A stretch of DNA of 63,140 nucleotides from Bacilli bacterium (GCA_017938725.1 JAGBAW010000010.1:1-63140); one strand, 5' to 3'. Shown: positions 1 to 10,897, counted from the first letter of the stretch. A program made the numbers and translations. The notes: generated by a model not told the origin, from the sequence alone.

Positions 1-338
1 ATAAAAATCCAGAGTTTAGAGAATATATGAGTAGAGAAGAAGATTTAAGAAAGATAAGAAATTCAAGATTATCAGTAGCGAAAAGAAAAGCAAGAGAAGA
101 GGGCTTAAAAGAGGGATTAGAGGAAGGAAGAAAAGAAGGAATAAAAAAAGGAAAAAAAGAAGGAATCGAACAAGGAATTAAACAGGGAATAGAGCAAGGT
201 ATTGAGAAAGGCATTGAGAAAGGTTCAAAAGAAGTTTCTGTTAAGATTGCCAAAAATATGCTAAAAAGGGGTATTAATATAAATGAAATATCTGAAATTA
301 CAAATTTAACTATTGAGGAAATAAATGATATAAAATAA
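1..338 (+). CDS. Rpn/YhgA-like recombination-promoting nuclease (putative transposase), C-terminal fragment entering from the window edge
   Basis: The frame is open to position 1 (..NPEFREYMSREEDLRK..). Low-complexity (E/K)(E/Q)GI repeats are followed by KIAKNMLKRGININEISEITNLTIEEI, a tail typical of this family. Confidence 0.45.
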   Translation, partial: KNPEFREYMSREEDLRKIRNSRLSVAKRKAREEGLKEGLEEGRKEGIKKGKKEGIEQGIKQGIEQGIEKGIEKGSKEVSVKIAKNMLKRGININEISEITNLTIEEINDIK

Positions 339-349
339 AAGGTGATAAT

Positions 350-1303
350 ATGAGTAATATTTATTTGATTTATGGTGATGAAAATTACATAATAAAAAAC
401 GAATTAAATAAAATTATAGATAATTCAAATGTAGTTGAGGATAATATTATTAAGTATAATTTAGATGAAGTAAATGTTTCTGATGTGATAGATGAAGCAT
501 GCATGATTAGCATGTTTGATAGTAAAAAAGTCATAATATGTGAGAAATGTTCATTTTTAACAGTAGAAAATAAAAAAGAAATTAATCATGATATAGATTC
601 TTTGATTAGATATATAAATAGTCCTTTTGAAGATGTTTATTTAATATTTGTTGTAGAAAATCAAAGATTAGATGAAAGAAAGAAAATAGTTAAGGAATTA
701 AAAAAATGTAGTAAGGTAGTAGAGTGTAAAAAACAAGAAAGTCATAATTTAAATAATTATATTTACGAGTATTTTAAAAGTAATTCTTATAATATAGATA
801 TGTCGCTTGTAAGACTAATTGTTGATAAGGTAAAATATGATTTAACCAATATAATAAATGAATGTGACAAGCTAATGAATTACAAGGATAATGATAAAAA
901 CATTACCAAAGAAGATGTAGAAAGTGTTATAAGGGATAATATAGAGGATAATATATTTTCATTGACAAATGCAATAATGGAAAAGAATGTATCCAAGGCA
1001 ATTAAGATATATAATGACTTAACTTTGATGGGAGAAGAGGAGATTAAATTAATAGTAATGATTGCTAATCAATTTAGATCAATTTTACAGGTTAAATTAA
1101 TGGTTAAAAATGGCTATAAAGAAAGAGATATGGCAAGTATTATAGGTGAACATCCATATAGAGTAAAATTAGCATTATCAAGTAACTATACTATAAAAGA
1201 ACTAATAAATAAATTAAAAGGATTAGAGAAACTAGATTTTGATATAAAAACCGGAAATATTGATAAAAAATTCGGGTTTGAATTATTTTTGCTTGGCACA
1301 TAA
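350..1303 (+). CDS. holA: DNA polymerase III subunit delta
   Basis: 317 aa. N-terminal IYLIYGDENYII and the overall length and layout are typical of HolA. Confidence 0.7.
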   Translation: MSNIYLIYGDENYIIKNELNKIIDNSNVVEDNIIKYNLDEVNVSDVIDEACMISMFDSKKVIICEKCSFLTVENKKEINHDIDSLIRYINSPFEDVYLIFVVENQRLDERKKIVKELKKCSKVVECKKQESHNLNNYIYEYFKSNSYNIDMSLVRLIVDKVKYDLTNIINECDKLMNYKDNDKNITKEDVESVIRDNIEDNIFSLTNAIMEKNVSKAIKIYNDLTLMGEEEIKLIVMIANQFRSILQVKLMVKNGYKERDMASIIGEHPYRVKLALSSNYTIKELINKLKGLEKLDFDIKTGNIDKKFGFELFLLGT

Positions 1304-1310
1304 AAAGAGA

Positions 1311-2420
1311 TTACTCTTTTATTAAATTCATAATCTCTTTTTTTACCAAATTACAATCATATATAGATGTAACCTTTAACTCTAAATTTAAATCCTTATT
1401 ATAGTTTGTATAAATAGGAATGTTTATTTTCTTTTTTATCTCATTTAAATATTTCTGCCCTTTTTTATTAAATCCTAGAATCCTTATATAATTTATATCC
1501 TTCCTTTTCTTTGCATCTTCTTTTGTATAGCCAACAAGTATAGATAAAAGCATTCGTTTTATTTTACTATAGGTATACCTTTTAGATTTTATATTCATAA
1601 TGAGTTCATTATAGCTATTAGAATCGTATATTACTTTCTTTATTTTATTTTCAATACCTTCTTCTATACCATGATAGATATTTAAGTTATCTATATCACT
1701 TAATATTTTATATTTAAGTAGTGGAAAATAATCATCAATAAAATATAACTTATTTTTTAAATATTTATATGTACCACTTGGTACATATTTTTTAATTTTT
1801 TTCTTTTTAATATTTTCCCTTATGCTACTTGCACTTGTTATATATTTAGTAAGTTTAGTACTATTATGTTCATTAGTTCTTTTAATTGTTAATGGAATAA
1901 TTTTACTATTTAATTTTTTCAATTCTCTAACATAACTTATTCCTAAAATATCATTAGGACTATTTATGCCTTTATATCCAAAACTTTCTAATGCCTTAGA
2001 TAGTGCAGTAGGATAATTTATACCCTTATCTATATACTCTTTTACCTTTAAATCATATTCATTTGTTAACTGAATATCTGCTATTTTGCTAATCGTAATT
2101 ATATCATTAGATTCTGACCCAAATACTAAATAATCAACTTTTAAGTGATTAAGTATAGAGCATGCCCCAAAAGCAAATATATCAGCTGATTCACATGTAA
2201 ATTCAAAGGGAAGTTCAACAACTAAATCAATATTATTCCTAAGTGCGATTTCAGTTTTATCCCACTTATTTATTATTGATGCATCTGCTCTTTGCGTAAA
2301 ATTACCACTCATAACAAGTATAATCATTGAGTCTTTGAACATTTCTTTAATTTTATTAATATGATATAAATGACCATTATGAAACGGATTATATTCTGCA
2401 ATTATACCAATCGTTTTCAT
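1311..2420 (-). CDS. tmcAL: tRNA(Met) cytidine acetate ligase / YlbM-type nucleotidyltransferase
   Basis: 369 aa. N-terminal GIIAEYNPFHNGHLYH (HxGH nucleotidyltransferase motif) as in B. subtilis YlbM. Lies beside yceD-rpmF, as ylbM does. Confidence 0.7.
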   Translation of the reverse strand: MKTIGIIAEYNPFHNGHLYHINKIKEMFKDSMIILVMSGNFTQRADASIINKWDKTEIALRNNIDLVVELPFEFTCESADIFAFGACSILNHLKVDYLVFGSESNDIITISKIADIQLTNEYDLKVKEYIDKGINYPTALSKALESFGYKGINSPNDILGISYVRELKKLNSKIIPLTIKRTNEHNSTKLTKYITSASSIRENIKKKKIKKYVPSGTYKYLKNKLYFIDDYFPLLKYKILSDIDNLNIYHGIEEGIENKIKKVIYDSNSYNELIMNIKSKRYTYSKIKRMLLSILVGYTKEDAKKRKDINYIRILGFNKKGQKYLNEIKKKINIPIYTNYNKDLNLELKVTSIYDCNLVKKEIMNLIKE

Positions 2421-2529
2421 AAAAACACCTCTATATCGATTTTATCATTATATATAAAATTTGTAAAATAGATGTAGTTGCAATTTTTTTAAATATAATA
2501 TATAATCTTATTGTATTGGACGTGATATC

Positions 2530-3027
2530 ATGATTATTAATTTAACAAAACTGATAACTAAGATATCTGATAATATAGATATTGATGAAGAGTTAGAACT
2601 TGATAAAAGTTACTTAGAAAATACAGATATAAGAGATATAAGTAAAATAAAAATAAAGGGAAATATAGTTCCTTTTGAAAATCAGTTTGAACTTAATTTA
2701 AATATTAAGTGTACATTAACATTAGTGTGCAGTATATCACTTGAAAATGTAAAATATGATATTAATATCACAATTAACGAAGTAATTGGAGAGTCTGATG
2801 ATTCTGTAGATATTGAAGAAAATAATAAAATTATTAATAATACTATTGATTTAATTCCAATTATATGGCAAAATATTATATTGGAAGTACCTTTGAAAGT
2901 TATTAGCCCATCAGTAAAACTAGAGAATATTGAGGGTAATGGATGGAGATTTATAACTGATGAAGAGGTAATGGAAAAAGATATTGATCCAAGATTAGAA
3001 AAATTTAAAGAATTCTTAGATGAATAA
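2530..3027 (+). CDS. yceD: YceD/DUF177 family protein (ribosome-associated, rpmF partner)
   Basis: 165 aa acidic protein directly upstream of rpmF, the conserved pairing (ylbN-rpmF in Bacillus). Confidence 0.65.
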   Translation: MIINLTKLITKISDNIDIDEELELDKSYLENTDIRDISKIKIKGNIVPFENQFELNLNIKCTLTLVCSISLENVKYDINITINEVIGESDDSVDIEENNKIINNTIDLIPIIWQNIILEVPLKVISPSVKLENIEGNGWRFITDEEVMEKDIDPRLEKFKEFLDE

Positions 3028-3044
3028 AGAGAGGAGCGAAGGTT

Positions 3045-3233
3045 ATGGCAGTACCATTTAGAAAGGTCTCTAAAACTAGAGGTAGAATGAGAAGAACACA
3101 TTATAAAATTGAAGCAAATGGAACAGTTAAATGTTCAAATTGCGGTGCAGATATAAGATCTCATAGGGTTTGTCCTGAATGTGGATTTTATAAAGGTAAA
3201 AATGTAGTTGAAAAAGAAGAAGCAGCAAAATAA
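3045..3233 (+). CDS. rpmF: 50S ribosomal protein L32
   Basis: [19 protein letters not shown] start and a CxxC..CxxC zinc ribbon; 62 aa. Confidence 0.9.
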   Translation: MAVPFRKVSKTRGRMRRTHYKIEANGTVKCSNCGADIRSHRVCPECGFYKGKNVVEKEEAAK

Positions 3234-3329
3234 TGCTGTTTTTCTTTGTCTTTGGAATATATGTCAAATTTAATATTTTCTATTTAAATTATATAGCAAA
3301 TATTGTATAATTAATAATAGGTGAGGTAT

Positions 3330-4739
3330 ATGAATAAAACAAAAATAATTGCGACGATGGGTCCATCATCAAATTCAAAAGAGATAATTAAAGATATAAT
3401 ACAATCAGGTGTTGATGTAGTAAGAATTAATATGTCCCACTCATCCTTTGATGAGGCAAGAGATATAATATTAAAAGTAAGAGAAGTAAATAGAGAATTA
3501 TCAACAATAACAGGCATAATGATTGATACAAGAGGTCCTGAAATAAGAACTACTACACTTGAACGAGATAAAATAAAATTAGAAGCGGGTAATAATATAA
3601 GAATAGTAAAGAGTAACATAAAGGGAAATGAGGATATAATTTCAATAACATTACCAGAAGTGATTAATTATATAAAAATAGGAGAGAGAATATTAATTAA
3701 TGATGGGAATGTTGAACTTAGCGTTATATCCAAAACTACAGATACATTAATATGTGAAATAAAAAATGATGGTTATATTAAAAGTAATTGTAGTATAAAT
3801 ATCCCAAATGCAGATTTTAATTTAAAATTTCTTTCTGAATATGATATAGAAACAGTAAAATTTGCAGTTATGATGCAGGTAGATTATTTAGCTTTATCAC
3901 ATGTGAAAAATCAAATGGATGTACTAGATATAAATGATTTATTAATTGAATTATCTGATGATCATATTCAAATTATATCTAAAATAGAAAATAAAAGTGC
4001 TATAGATGAGATAAAGAATATATTAAAAGTAAGTGACGGCGTCATGGTGGCAAGAGGGGATTTAGGTATAGAGCTTGAAGTTGAAAGAATACCTAGTGTT
4101 CAAAAGAAAATAGCAGAGCACGCTAGAGAAGCTGAAAAAATATGTATAATAGCTACTGAAATGCTATCAAGTATGCAGGAAAGTCCAAGACCAACAAGAG
4201 CCGAAGTATCCGATGTTGCTAATGCAGTACTTGATGGAACTGATGCTATTATGCTTTCAAGTGAAACTGCAATTGGAAAATACCCAGTAGAAACGGTAAC
4301 AACTACTAATAAAATAATAGATGAAATAGAAAAAGAAATAAATTATAATGATTTATTACTCGAATTTAATAGAAAGGAAAAACTTTCTATACCAGATGCA
4401 ATTGCATATTCCACAGTTGATTTAGCAAATAGAGTTAATGCGGACGCTATAGTATGTTCTACTATATCAGGAAATACTGCTAAAAAAATAAGTCATTATA
4501 GACCCAGTGCATCAGTAGTTGCGCTTTCACCAGATGAAAAAACAGTATCAGGTTTAACAATTAACTATGGTATTATACCAATTAAAGTTCCAATGTATGA
4601 AAATACAGATGAACTTATTAATACTTCGGTACAAATAACTAAAAAAATTTTTAATCTAGATAGTGGGAAAAGAATAGTAATTTCCGGAAGTTTTCCATTA
4701 GGTAAGGTAAATTTTATTAAAATAGAAGAAATAAAATAA
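3330..4739 (+). CDS. pyk: pyruvate kinase
   Basis: KIIATMGPSS and MVARGDLGIE motifs. ATG 3330 behind a GGTGAGG RBS is preferred over the track start at 3321. Confidence 0.9.
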   Translation: MNKTKIIATMGPSSNSKEIIKDIIQSGVDVVRINMSHSSFDEARDIILKVREVNRELSTITGIMIDTRGPEIRTTTLERDKIKLEAGNNIRIVKSNIKGNEDIISITLPEVINYIKIGERILINDGNVELSVISKTTDTLICEIKNDGYIKSNCSINIPNADFNLKFLSEYDIETVKFAVMMQVDYLALSHVKNQMDVLDINDLLIELSDDHIQIISKIENKSAIDEIKNILKVSDGVMVARGDLGIELEVERIPSVQKKIAEHAREAEKICIIATEMLSSMQESPRPTRAEVSDVANAVLDGTDAIMLSSETAIGKYPVETVTTTNKIIDEIEKEINYNDLLLEFNRKEKLSIPDAIAYSTVDLANRVNADAIVCSTISGNTAKKISHYRPSASVVALSPDEKTVSGLTINYGIIPIKVPMYENTDELINTSVQITKKIFNLDSGKRIVISGSFPLGKVNFIKIEEIK

Positions 4740-4755
4740 GGAGAATGATTATATT

Positions 4756-4923
4756 TTGAAAATAACTATTAAGGAACTTAATGATGTTAAAAATGAAATA
4801 TTTAACAAATATATAGCAGATAAGGAAAAGGATGATATTGCTAAATTAGTGAATGATGAGGTTAAAAAAATATTAGGTGACTTTGAAGAATCTAAGGACA
4901 AGGAATTTATCATAGATGAATAA
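4756..4923 (+). CDS. hypothetical small protein (55 aa, TTG start), not in ORF track
   Basis: Open frame from TTG 4756. Its stop overlaps the ATG of the next ORF (ATGAATAA), which suggests translational coupling. The RBS is weak and distant. Confidence 0.3.
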   Translation: MKITIKELNDVKNEIFNKYIADKEKDDIAKLVNDEVKKILGDFEESKDKEFIIDE

Positions 4924-5503
4924 GGATATAGAAAGAGATTTATATACCGAAAAGTATAGAGAAAAAATGAATGATTATGTTAACAATATTGTACTTAACA
5001 ACCCACTTTTAATAAAAGATTACCCTATACTAGAAACCGAATTTAATATTAATGGAACAAAAAAAGATATATATTCATTGGCATCAGAAAGAGATATTAA
5101 GAAGATGCAAATAAAGAGTGATAAAAACGAGTTAGATTATAAATTTAGTCAAAATAAAATAACTAAATTTGAATATGAAAATAAGATAGATGAAATAAAC
5201 GATAAAATGAAATGTCAAGATTTATTATATGATGATTTAATATTTAATATAATAAATACAAATGATATATATATAATAGAAGAATCCATTTTAAAATATA
5301 ACTTGAATAACATAGATCTAACAAGACTTGCTGAGGCTATATCCTCTGTTTCAGAAAATAAAATAGAAGAATTTAGAAGAAATAACAAAGGTTTTATGTT
5401 AGATAAATTGTCTTATTGGAATTATAAGTATAATAAGATATCAAAGGGTATAAGTAAAGCAAGAGAAGTAGAAAGTTTTATTATTAATTTGATAGATAAA
5501 TAG
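4916..5503 (+). CDS. hypothetical protein
   Basis: 195 aa ORF with no recognisable motif. Lys/Asn/Glu-rich and apparently soluble. Confidence 0.5.
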   Translation: MNKDIERDLYTEKYREKMNDYVNNIVLNNPLLIKDYPILETEFNINGTKKDIYSLASERDIKKMQIKSDKNELDYKFSQNKITKFEYENKIDEINDKMKCQDLLYDDLIFNIINTNDIYIIEESILKYNLNNIDLTRLAEAISSVSENKIEEFRRNNKGFMLDKLSYWNYKYNKISKGISKAREVESFIINLIDK

Positions 5504-5617
5504 TGCAAAGTTACTATATAATTATTTTTTGTATAAATTAATTATATTTATAAAATAATATTATCTTGAATAAAAATCTCATTTTGACTCAAAAGAGAGT
5601 TGAGAGGAGATTTTTTT

Positions 5618-6394
5618 ATGGCAAGACATAAAGTTGAAATTACAGGTATAAAAACTTCAGAATTAAAGACATTAACAAGTGACGAACAATTAGATTTATT
5701 TAAAAAATTTAAAAATGGAGATTCTTCTGCAAGGGAAAAAATAATAGAGGGAAATTTAAAGTTAATCTTAAGTATACTAAAAAAATTTGTTAATAGATGT
5801 GATAATATGGATGATTTATTTCAAATCGGATGTATAGGATTGTGCAAGGCTGTAGATAATTTTGATTTATCTTATAATGTCAAGTTTTCAACATATGCTG
5901 TTCCTATGATTATAGGAGAAGTTAGAAGATATTTAAGGGATGATAGTATGATAAGAATATCTAGAAGCGTAAAAGATATAGCATATAAATCTCTAAAAGC
6001 TAAAGAACAATTTATGATTGAACATGGAAGAGAAGCAACAATTGGAGAAATATCAAAAATGATAGATATAGATGAAATGGATATAGTTTGCGCACTTGAG
6101 GCTACAAGGGGAACAATTAGTATGTTTGAACCTATATATAATGATGGTGGTGAAACTATATATCTATTTGATCAAATAGAAAATCCAAATGAATCAAGTA
6201 CTAATTGGAATAATAAAATTATTTTATCTGATGCGTTAAACAAATTAAAACTAAAAGAAAAGTTTATAATTATGCAAAGATATTTAATAGGAAAAACCCA
6301 GATGGAAATAAGTGATGAACTTGGCATTAGTCAGGCACAAGTATCTAGAATTGAAAAGAATGCTATAAACAATGTAAAGAAGTTGATCAAGTAA
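5618..6394 (+). CDS. sigG: RNA polymerase sporulation sigma factor SigG
   Basis: MARHKVEITG.., VKFSTYAVPMIIGEVRRYLRDD, FEPIYNDGGETIY and ISQAQVSRIEK track B. subtilis SigG rather than SigF. ATG 5618 follows a GAGAGGAG RBS. Confidence 0.8.
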   Translation: MARHKVEITGIKTSELKTLTSDEQLDLFKKFKNGDSSAREKIIEGNLKLILSILKKFVNRCDNMDDLFQIGCIGLCKAVDNFDLSYNVKFSTYAVPMIIGEVRRYLRDDSMIRISRSVKDIAYKSLKAKEQFMIEHGREATIGEISKMIDIDEMDIVCALEATRGTISMFEPIYNDGGETIYLFDQIENPNESSTNWNNKIILSDALNKLKLKEKFIIMQRYLIGKTQMEISDELGISQAQVSRIEKNAINNVKKLIK

Positions 6395-6460
6395 ATTTGA
6401 AAAAGCAAATAAATTGTGTTATAATACCTCTCGCGATTAACAAATGGAAGGAATATTTAT

Positions 6461-7306
6461 ATGAAGAAAAAAAGATTATTTTTAATGGAACTAGCCTTAT
6501 TAAGTGTATTAGCAACAGGTTGTGGTAATGAAAAATCTAAAGCAAAATTAATAAGTGTAGGTGAAATAAGTAAAAGTAGTGATATATCGTTAGATAGATT
6601 AGACTGTATTGATGATGTAATAACATATGATGAAATGAAAGTAATAATAGAGGAAAATAAAAGACAAGAATTAATAGACGAGTGTAAAGAGGTGGTAGAT
6701 AGGTACTCAAATATATATGAGATTAATCCAGATATAATATATAAAATAATAAAAGAAAACACTAACGATTTCTCATCAACCAATTTCAAAAATTTTAAAA
6801 ATATTTATTCAGAGGAAGAAAACTATAATTCTTTTGACTCTCAAGTATTAATGCTTGTTCATGATGTTTATAAATATCCTAATAAATATGGATATGATAA
6901 TGAATCAATAAAAAATAATGATACTCATGGTGATATATGTGATATGACTATTCGTGAGTTTATATATAAGAATGCGGATATACTTGATATTGATAAAGAT
7001 ACTGCACTTGCAATAGCATGTGCTGAATCTGGTTATTTTACTGATGGAATAGCAGTAAATAATAAAAATCCATTTGCCCTAAATATAAATGGATACATAT
7101 ATTATGATAATTTATATTTAGGAATACTAGAAGGATTAATTAATTTAAAGATAGGATATTCTTCTTTAGATATTAATTCGATGGCGTCAATTTATTGCCC
7201 TTATTATCCAGATATTTGGATTGATTATGTTAACGATGTTAAAAATGAACTATCAAATGGTAAAAAATTATATGATGAAGAAGAAAACGTATTAATATAT
7301 AACTAG
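6461..7306 (+). CDS. lipoprotein with glucosaminidase (GH73/LytD-like) C-terminal domain
   Basis: Lipobox LSVLATGC. The C-terminal AIACAESGYFTDGIAVNNKNPFALN resembles the A.ESg...nN.FG glucosaminidase motif. Confidence 0.4.
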   Translation: MKKKRLFLMELALLSVLATGCGNEKSKAKLISVGEISKSSDISLDRLDCIDDVITYDEMKVIIEENKRQELIDECKEVVDRYSNIYEINPDIIYKIIKENTNDFSSTNFKNFKNIYSEEENYNSFDSQVLMLVHDVYKYPNKYGYDNESIKNNDTHGDICDMTIREFIYKNADILDIDKDTALAIACAESGYFTDGIAVNNKNPFALNINGYIYYDNLYLGILEGLINLKIGYSSLDINSMASIYCPYYPDIWIDYVNDVKNELSNGKKLYDEEENVLIYN

Positions 7307-7454
7307 ATATATGATAATTTATTTAATTAAGTAGGTATATGCTTAACTTTAATAAATATTGACAAATAATTTGCACATTATTTATTATTATGATATAATA
7401 TCAAACGTTTGTGGAAAATATAATAATTATTATATTGTAAAGGGGTGATAAAAA

Positions 7455-8489
7455 ATGCTAAGGGAGAATGTTATATATGTTAGAAGTTCAAATCAAAAAA
7501 CTATATTTTGTACAAAACTTTATAAAATGTTTATTGAAAATAAATATTCAGATTATAATAAATTTATTGGTAGTGTTACAGCTATTTTTGGTCGTAAGGT
7601 TAAAGTAAGTGATATTAAAGAATCAATTGAACATGTTAGAAAATATATTTCGGAATCGAAAGCAAAAGAGATGGATTTGATATATAGTTACCAAATAGCA
7701 CAGAGATTAAACGACAAAGTTAATATGGAAAAATGTAAAGAGGAATTAGAAAATATTAGTGCAAGAAGGAAAAATCGTGATTATATGATAAATTCTAAAA
7801 GGAACGTGAAAAATGGCATTTATTCATTAGAGAATATATTAAAAGAATTAAGGATAGTAATTGATGAAGGCGAGTCCTATAAAATCTTATATAAACAAGG
7901 GAAAATAGCTGACTCATTATTATTAACACATATAAGGGATTATTTGAATAAAATACCATCAGAGGATTATGTAAATTTTTTAATTTCTAATTATAACTTA
8001 GATGTTATAAAGGAGAATGAGATAAATTTATTTATAGAAGTTTTAAAACTTTATAAAATAAAAATTCTAAACAAAATTAATACATTAGACGATATTTACC
8101 CAAATGATAAAGAAGGACTTGAGCAAATAAAAAATGTTGAAGTTGCTGGAGAAGAATCATTACATGAAATTTACTTAAATTCAGCATCAAAGTTAAAAAA
8201 ATGGAAAATAGAAAAACTACGAGGTTTGTATGATATATTCGGTAAATTACTAGAGCAAATTACTAAATCTAAGGAATATTGTCCATTTGTTTTTATAGAT
8301 GTATTATCCCCTAGTGAGAAAAAGAATTTAATTAATTTTTCCCCAATTTTATATCAATTTTATCAAAAAATTTGTAAAGCAACAGAACAATATAATCAAT
8401 TAGATAATATTAAAACAACATCAATAACGAAGATAAATGAAATTAAAGATATATATATTAAAAAATTATTTTTAAGCAATAACGATTAG
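7455..8489 (+). CDS. hypothetical protein
   Basis: 344 aa ORF with an AGGGGTGA RBS; no motif recognised. Confidence 0.5.
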   Translation: MLRENVIYVRSSNQKTIFCTKLYKMFIENKYSDYNKFIGSVTAIFGRKVKVSDIKESIEHVRKYISESKAKEMDLIYSYQIAQRLNDKVNMEKCKEELENISARRKNRDYMINSKRNVKNGIYSLENILKELRIVIDEGESYKILYKQGKIADSLLLTHIRDYLNKIPSEDYVNFLISNYNLDVIKENEINLFIEVLKLYKIKILNKINTLDDIYPNDKEGLEQIKNVEVAGEESLHEIYLNSASKLKKWKIEKLRGLYDIFGKLLEQITKSKEYCPFVFIDVLSPSEKKNLINFSPILYQFYQKICKATEQYNQLDNIKTTSITKINEIKDIYIKKLFLSNND

Positions 8490-8533
8490 TTATTTCTTTT
8501 TTTTTATTAAATATAATTAAGTAGGTGGTATAT

Positions 8534-8767
8534 ATGCGTTTATCAGAAATACAAAATAAAGACGTAATAAATATAAATACAGGTATGAAAGTTGGTAACA
8601 TTATTGATGTTAAAGTAAATAGTGAAACAGGAAAAATTGAGTCTTTAATTCTTGAAAAGAAAAAATTTTCATCATTTTTTTCAAGTAATGATGAAATAGA
8701 AATATATTGGAATCAGATTAATAAAATAGGTGAGGATGTTATTTTAGTGGAAAGTTTAACCATTTAA
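8534..8767 (+). CDS. YlmC/YmxH family sporulation protein (PRC-barrel)
   Basis: MRLSEIQNKDVININTGMKVGNIIDV...GKIESLIL matches the YlmC/YmxH pattern. ATG 8534 follows AGGTGG. Confidence 0.7.
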   Translation: MRLSEIQNKDVININTGMKVGNIIDVKVNSETGKIESLILEKKKFSSFFSSNDEIEIYWNQINKIGEDVILVESLTI

Positions 8768-8798
8768 TGTTATAATATATTTGATAATAGGAGGAAAT

Positions 8799-9797
8799 AT
8801 GGAAAAAGCAAAAAAAAGGTTAATATTATCATCTATATTTATGATATTATATTTAGTTTTAAATTTAGCTTATGTAGTTTATAAAAATGAATTAATATCT
8901 AAAGATATGACTGATAATATCTCAAATTTACTATTTTATGTAATGTCGATAATAGGTATTATATACTTTTTTGTATTAGCATTTAAAAAGAATATTGATT
9001 TCAACAAACATTATAAGGGAATATTATTTTGGTCGATAATTTTCTTTATATATAATATAATTTCAGGAGTTATTGGTTTTATGTTATATACTGATTTAGA
9101 TAAAAATACAAATAAAAAGAAAAAAAGGGAATTGCCTATTATTGAATATAAAGAATATACTAATAAATATATTTGTTTATTTGCATTTTTAATATGTATG
9201 TTTATAATGTTTTTCTTATCAAATTATATTAATGGCGTTATCCAGATGATATTGATGTATGTAGTAATTATAACTATTATGGTATTGGTATTTAGAAAGC
9301 AACTTGCTCATGACTTTAAATTGTTTAGAGAATACTTTAGAGAATATATATCATTAACATTTAAAACATGGTTGAAATCTTTAGTTGTTATGATGATTTT
9401 AAGCATTACAATTCAAATAATAACTAATACCACAAATTCAAATAATCAGCAAAATTTACAAGATATGTTTAATGTTGCACCAATAATAATAGCTTTATTG
9501 ACGATGATTTATGCACCAATTGCTGAAGAATTAATGTTTAGAGGTGTATTTAGAAAATTTATATCAAATGAAAAATTATTTATAATAATTAGTGGAGTTG
9601 TATTTGGGCTTATGCATGTAATTGATGATTCTAAAACTTTAGCGGAATTCTCATACGTAATTATTTATTCTGTATTGGGTTGTTATTTAGCATCATTATA
9701 TTATAAAACAAATAATATATTTACTAATATATCATTTCATTTTATGCAAAATACACTTGGTGTAATAGGTATGCTTTTACTAAAATTTATGGGATAA
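8799..9797 (+). CDS. CPBP family intramembrane glutamic endopeptidase
   Basis: Polytopic membrane protein with EELMFRG, FGLMH and a distal H (SFHFMQN) motif. ATG 8799 follows AGGAGG. Confidence 0.7.
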   Translation: MEKAKKRLILSSIFMILYLVLNLAYVVYKNELISKDMTDNISNLLFYVMSIIGIIYFFVLAFKKNIDFNKHYKGILFWSIIFFIYNIISGVIGFMLYTDLDKNTNKKKKRELPIIEYKEYTNKYICLFAFLICMFIMFFLSNYINGVIQMILMYVVIITIMVLVFRKQLAHDFKLFREYFREYISLTFKTWLKSLVVMMILSITIQIITNTTNSNNQQNLQDMFNVAPIIIALLTMIYAPIAEELMFRGVFRKFISNEKLFIIISGVVFGLMHVIDDSKTLAEFSYVIIYSVLGCYLASLYYKTNNIFTNISFHFMQNTLGVIGMLLLKFMG

Positions 9798-9806
9798 AAA
9801 AGGAAC

Positions 9807-10667
9807 TTAATAAAGCTCCTCTTTTAATTTATCAATGTTTTCATTCATTATAGTAATGTAATCTTTATTATCATTTTTTTCAGCAACTGATATATTATTT
9901 AATGTATCAATCTCTAAATATTTAATATTATAAGTATCTTTAAGATCTTTAAGTAGTTGTGTTTCGTGGTATCCCTTTTTTACGAATATATAATTTACTT
10001 CTTTATTTACTATTAAACTTTTTGCATCAGCTAAATCTTTGTCTGATACTGTTTCTTCATCAATTGATATTATATTTAAACCATATTTTGATAAAACTTT
10101 TAAGTCATTTGATGCTACAATGATATTTTTATTTTTTGCATTTTCCACACTTTCCTTTAATTGTGCATCAATGCTAGAAAGTTGGAGCTTTAAATTATCA
10201 TAATTTTTATCAATTTCTTTTTTTAAATAACTACTATTAATATATTCTTTCAAACCATTTCTAGTATTTTGAGCGATAGTTAGCATATTTGATGGATTTA
10301 TCCAAATTTCATCCATACTATTTGTATATTCTATTTTCGCCGTAGAGTCTATTATTTTTAACTTTTTATTTTTATTTAGCATTTCTACGATGTAATCTTT
10401 TTCAATATCAAGCCCATTATATATGATTAAATCAGAAGAACTATAATTTTTTATTTGTTTTGATGTTAACTTATATTCATATGGATTTACATCACTTGGA
10501 TAAATACTTATAATATTGGCATAATTACCATATAAAGTTTCTACAACATAATCAATAGGATATAAACTTGTATAAATTGTAATATCCTCCATAGAATCCT
10601 TATTTTTACATCCGCTAAATAAAAATATAATAAAAATAATACTTAAACATTTAATTACTTTTTTCAT
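9807..10667 (-). CDS. metal ABC transporter substrate-binding lipoprotein (ZnuA/TroA family)
   Basis: Lipobox LFSGC. Size and sequence pattern fit cluster-9 solute-binding proteins. No permease or ATPase gene is adjacent. Confidence 0.55.
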   Translation of the reverse strand: MKKVIKCLSIIFIIFLFSGCKNKDSMEDITIYTSLYPIDYVVETLYGNYANIISIYPSDVNPYEYKLTSKQIKNYSSSDLIIYNGLDIEKDYIVEMLNKNKKLKIIDSTAKIEYTNSMDEIWINPSNMLTIAQNTRNGLKEYINSSYLKKEIDKNYDNLKLQLSSIDAQLKESVENAKNKNIIVASNDLKVLSKYGLNIISIDEETVSDKDLADAKSLIVNKEVNYIFVKKGYHETQLLKDLKDTYNIKYLEIDTLNNISVAEKNDNKDYITIMNENIDKLKEELY

Positions 10668-10897
10668 AATTTTTCCTCCATATTATTCTTTCTTGGTACT
10701 GGATCATATCCCATTTTCCCAAAGGGTCTACATTTTAATAATCTTTTTATAGTCAAATATGTTCCATAAAAAAAACCATAGTTTTCATAAGCCTCAATTG
10801 CATAATTAGAACATGTTGGTGTAAATCTACAAGCATTATGCATTTGAAGGGGAATTTTTTGATATAACTTTATAGCACCAATCATAAGGTGTTTCAT
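10664..10897 (-). CDS. yidD: membrane protein insertion efficiency factor YidD
   Basis: YQK..L....CRFTPTCSNYAIEAYENYG signature. Its stop overlaps the start of the downstream SBP gene (ATGA). Confidence 0.85.
   Translation of the reverse strand: MKHLMIGAIKLYQKIPLQMHNACRFTPTCSNYAIEAYENYGFFYGTYLTIKRLLKCRPFGKMGYDPVPRKNNMEEKL

Noticed and set aside
90-240. Periodic 12-nt repeats (GIEQ/GIKQ/GIEK) at the window start as a novel tandem repeat.
   Set aside because: They lie in frame within the low-complexity tail typical of Rpn/YhgA-like proteins, so this is ordinary coding low complexity.
2682-3619. Track ORFs on the minus strand (2682-3101, 3311-3619) overlapping yceD/rpmF and pyk.
   Set aside because: They are antisense to genes with strong motif support and have no RBS. 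Their Ser/Ile/Leu-rich composition is typical of reverse frames in AT-rich DNA.
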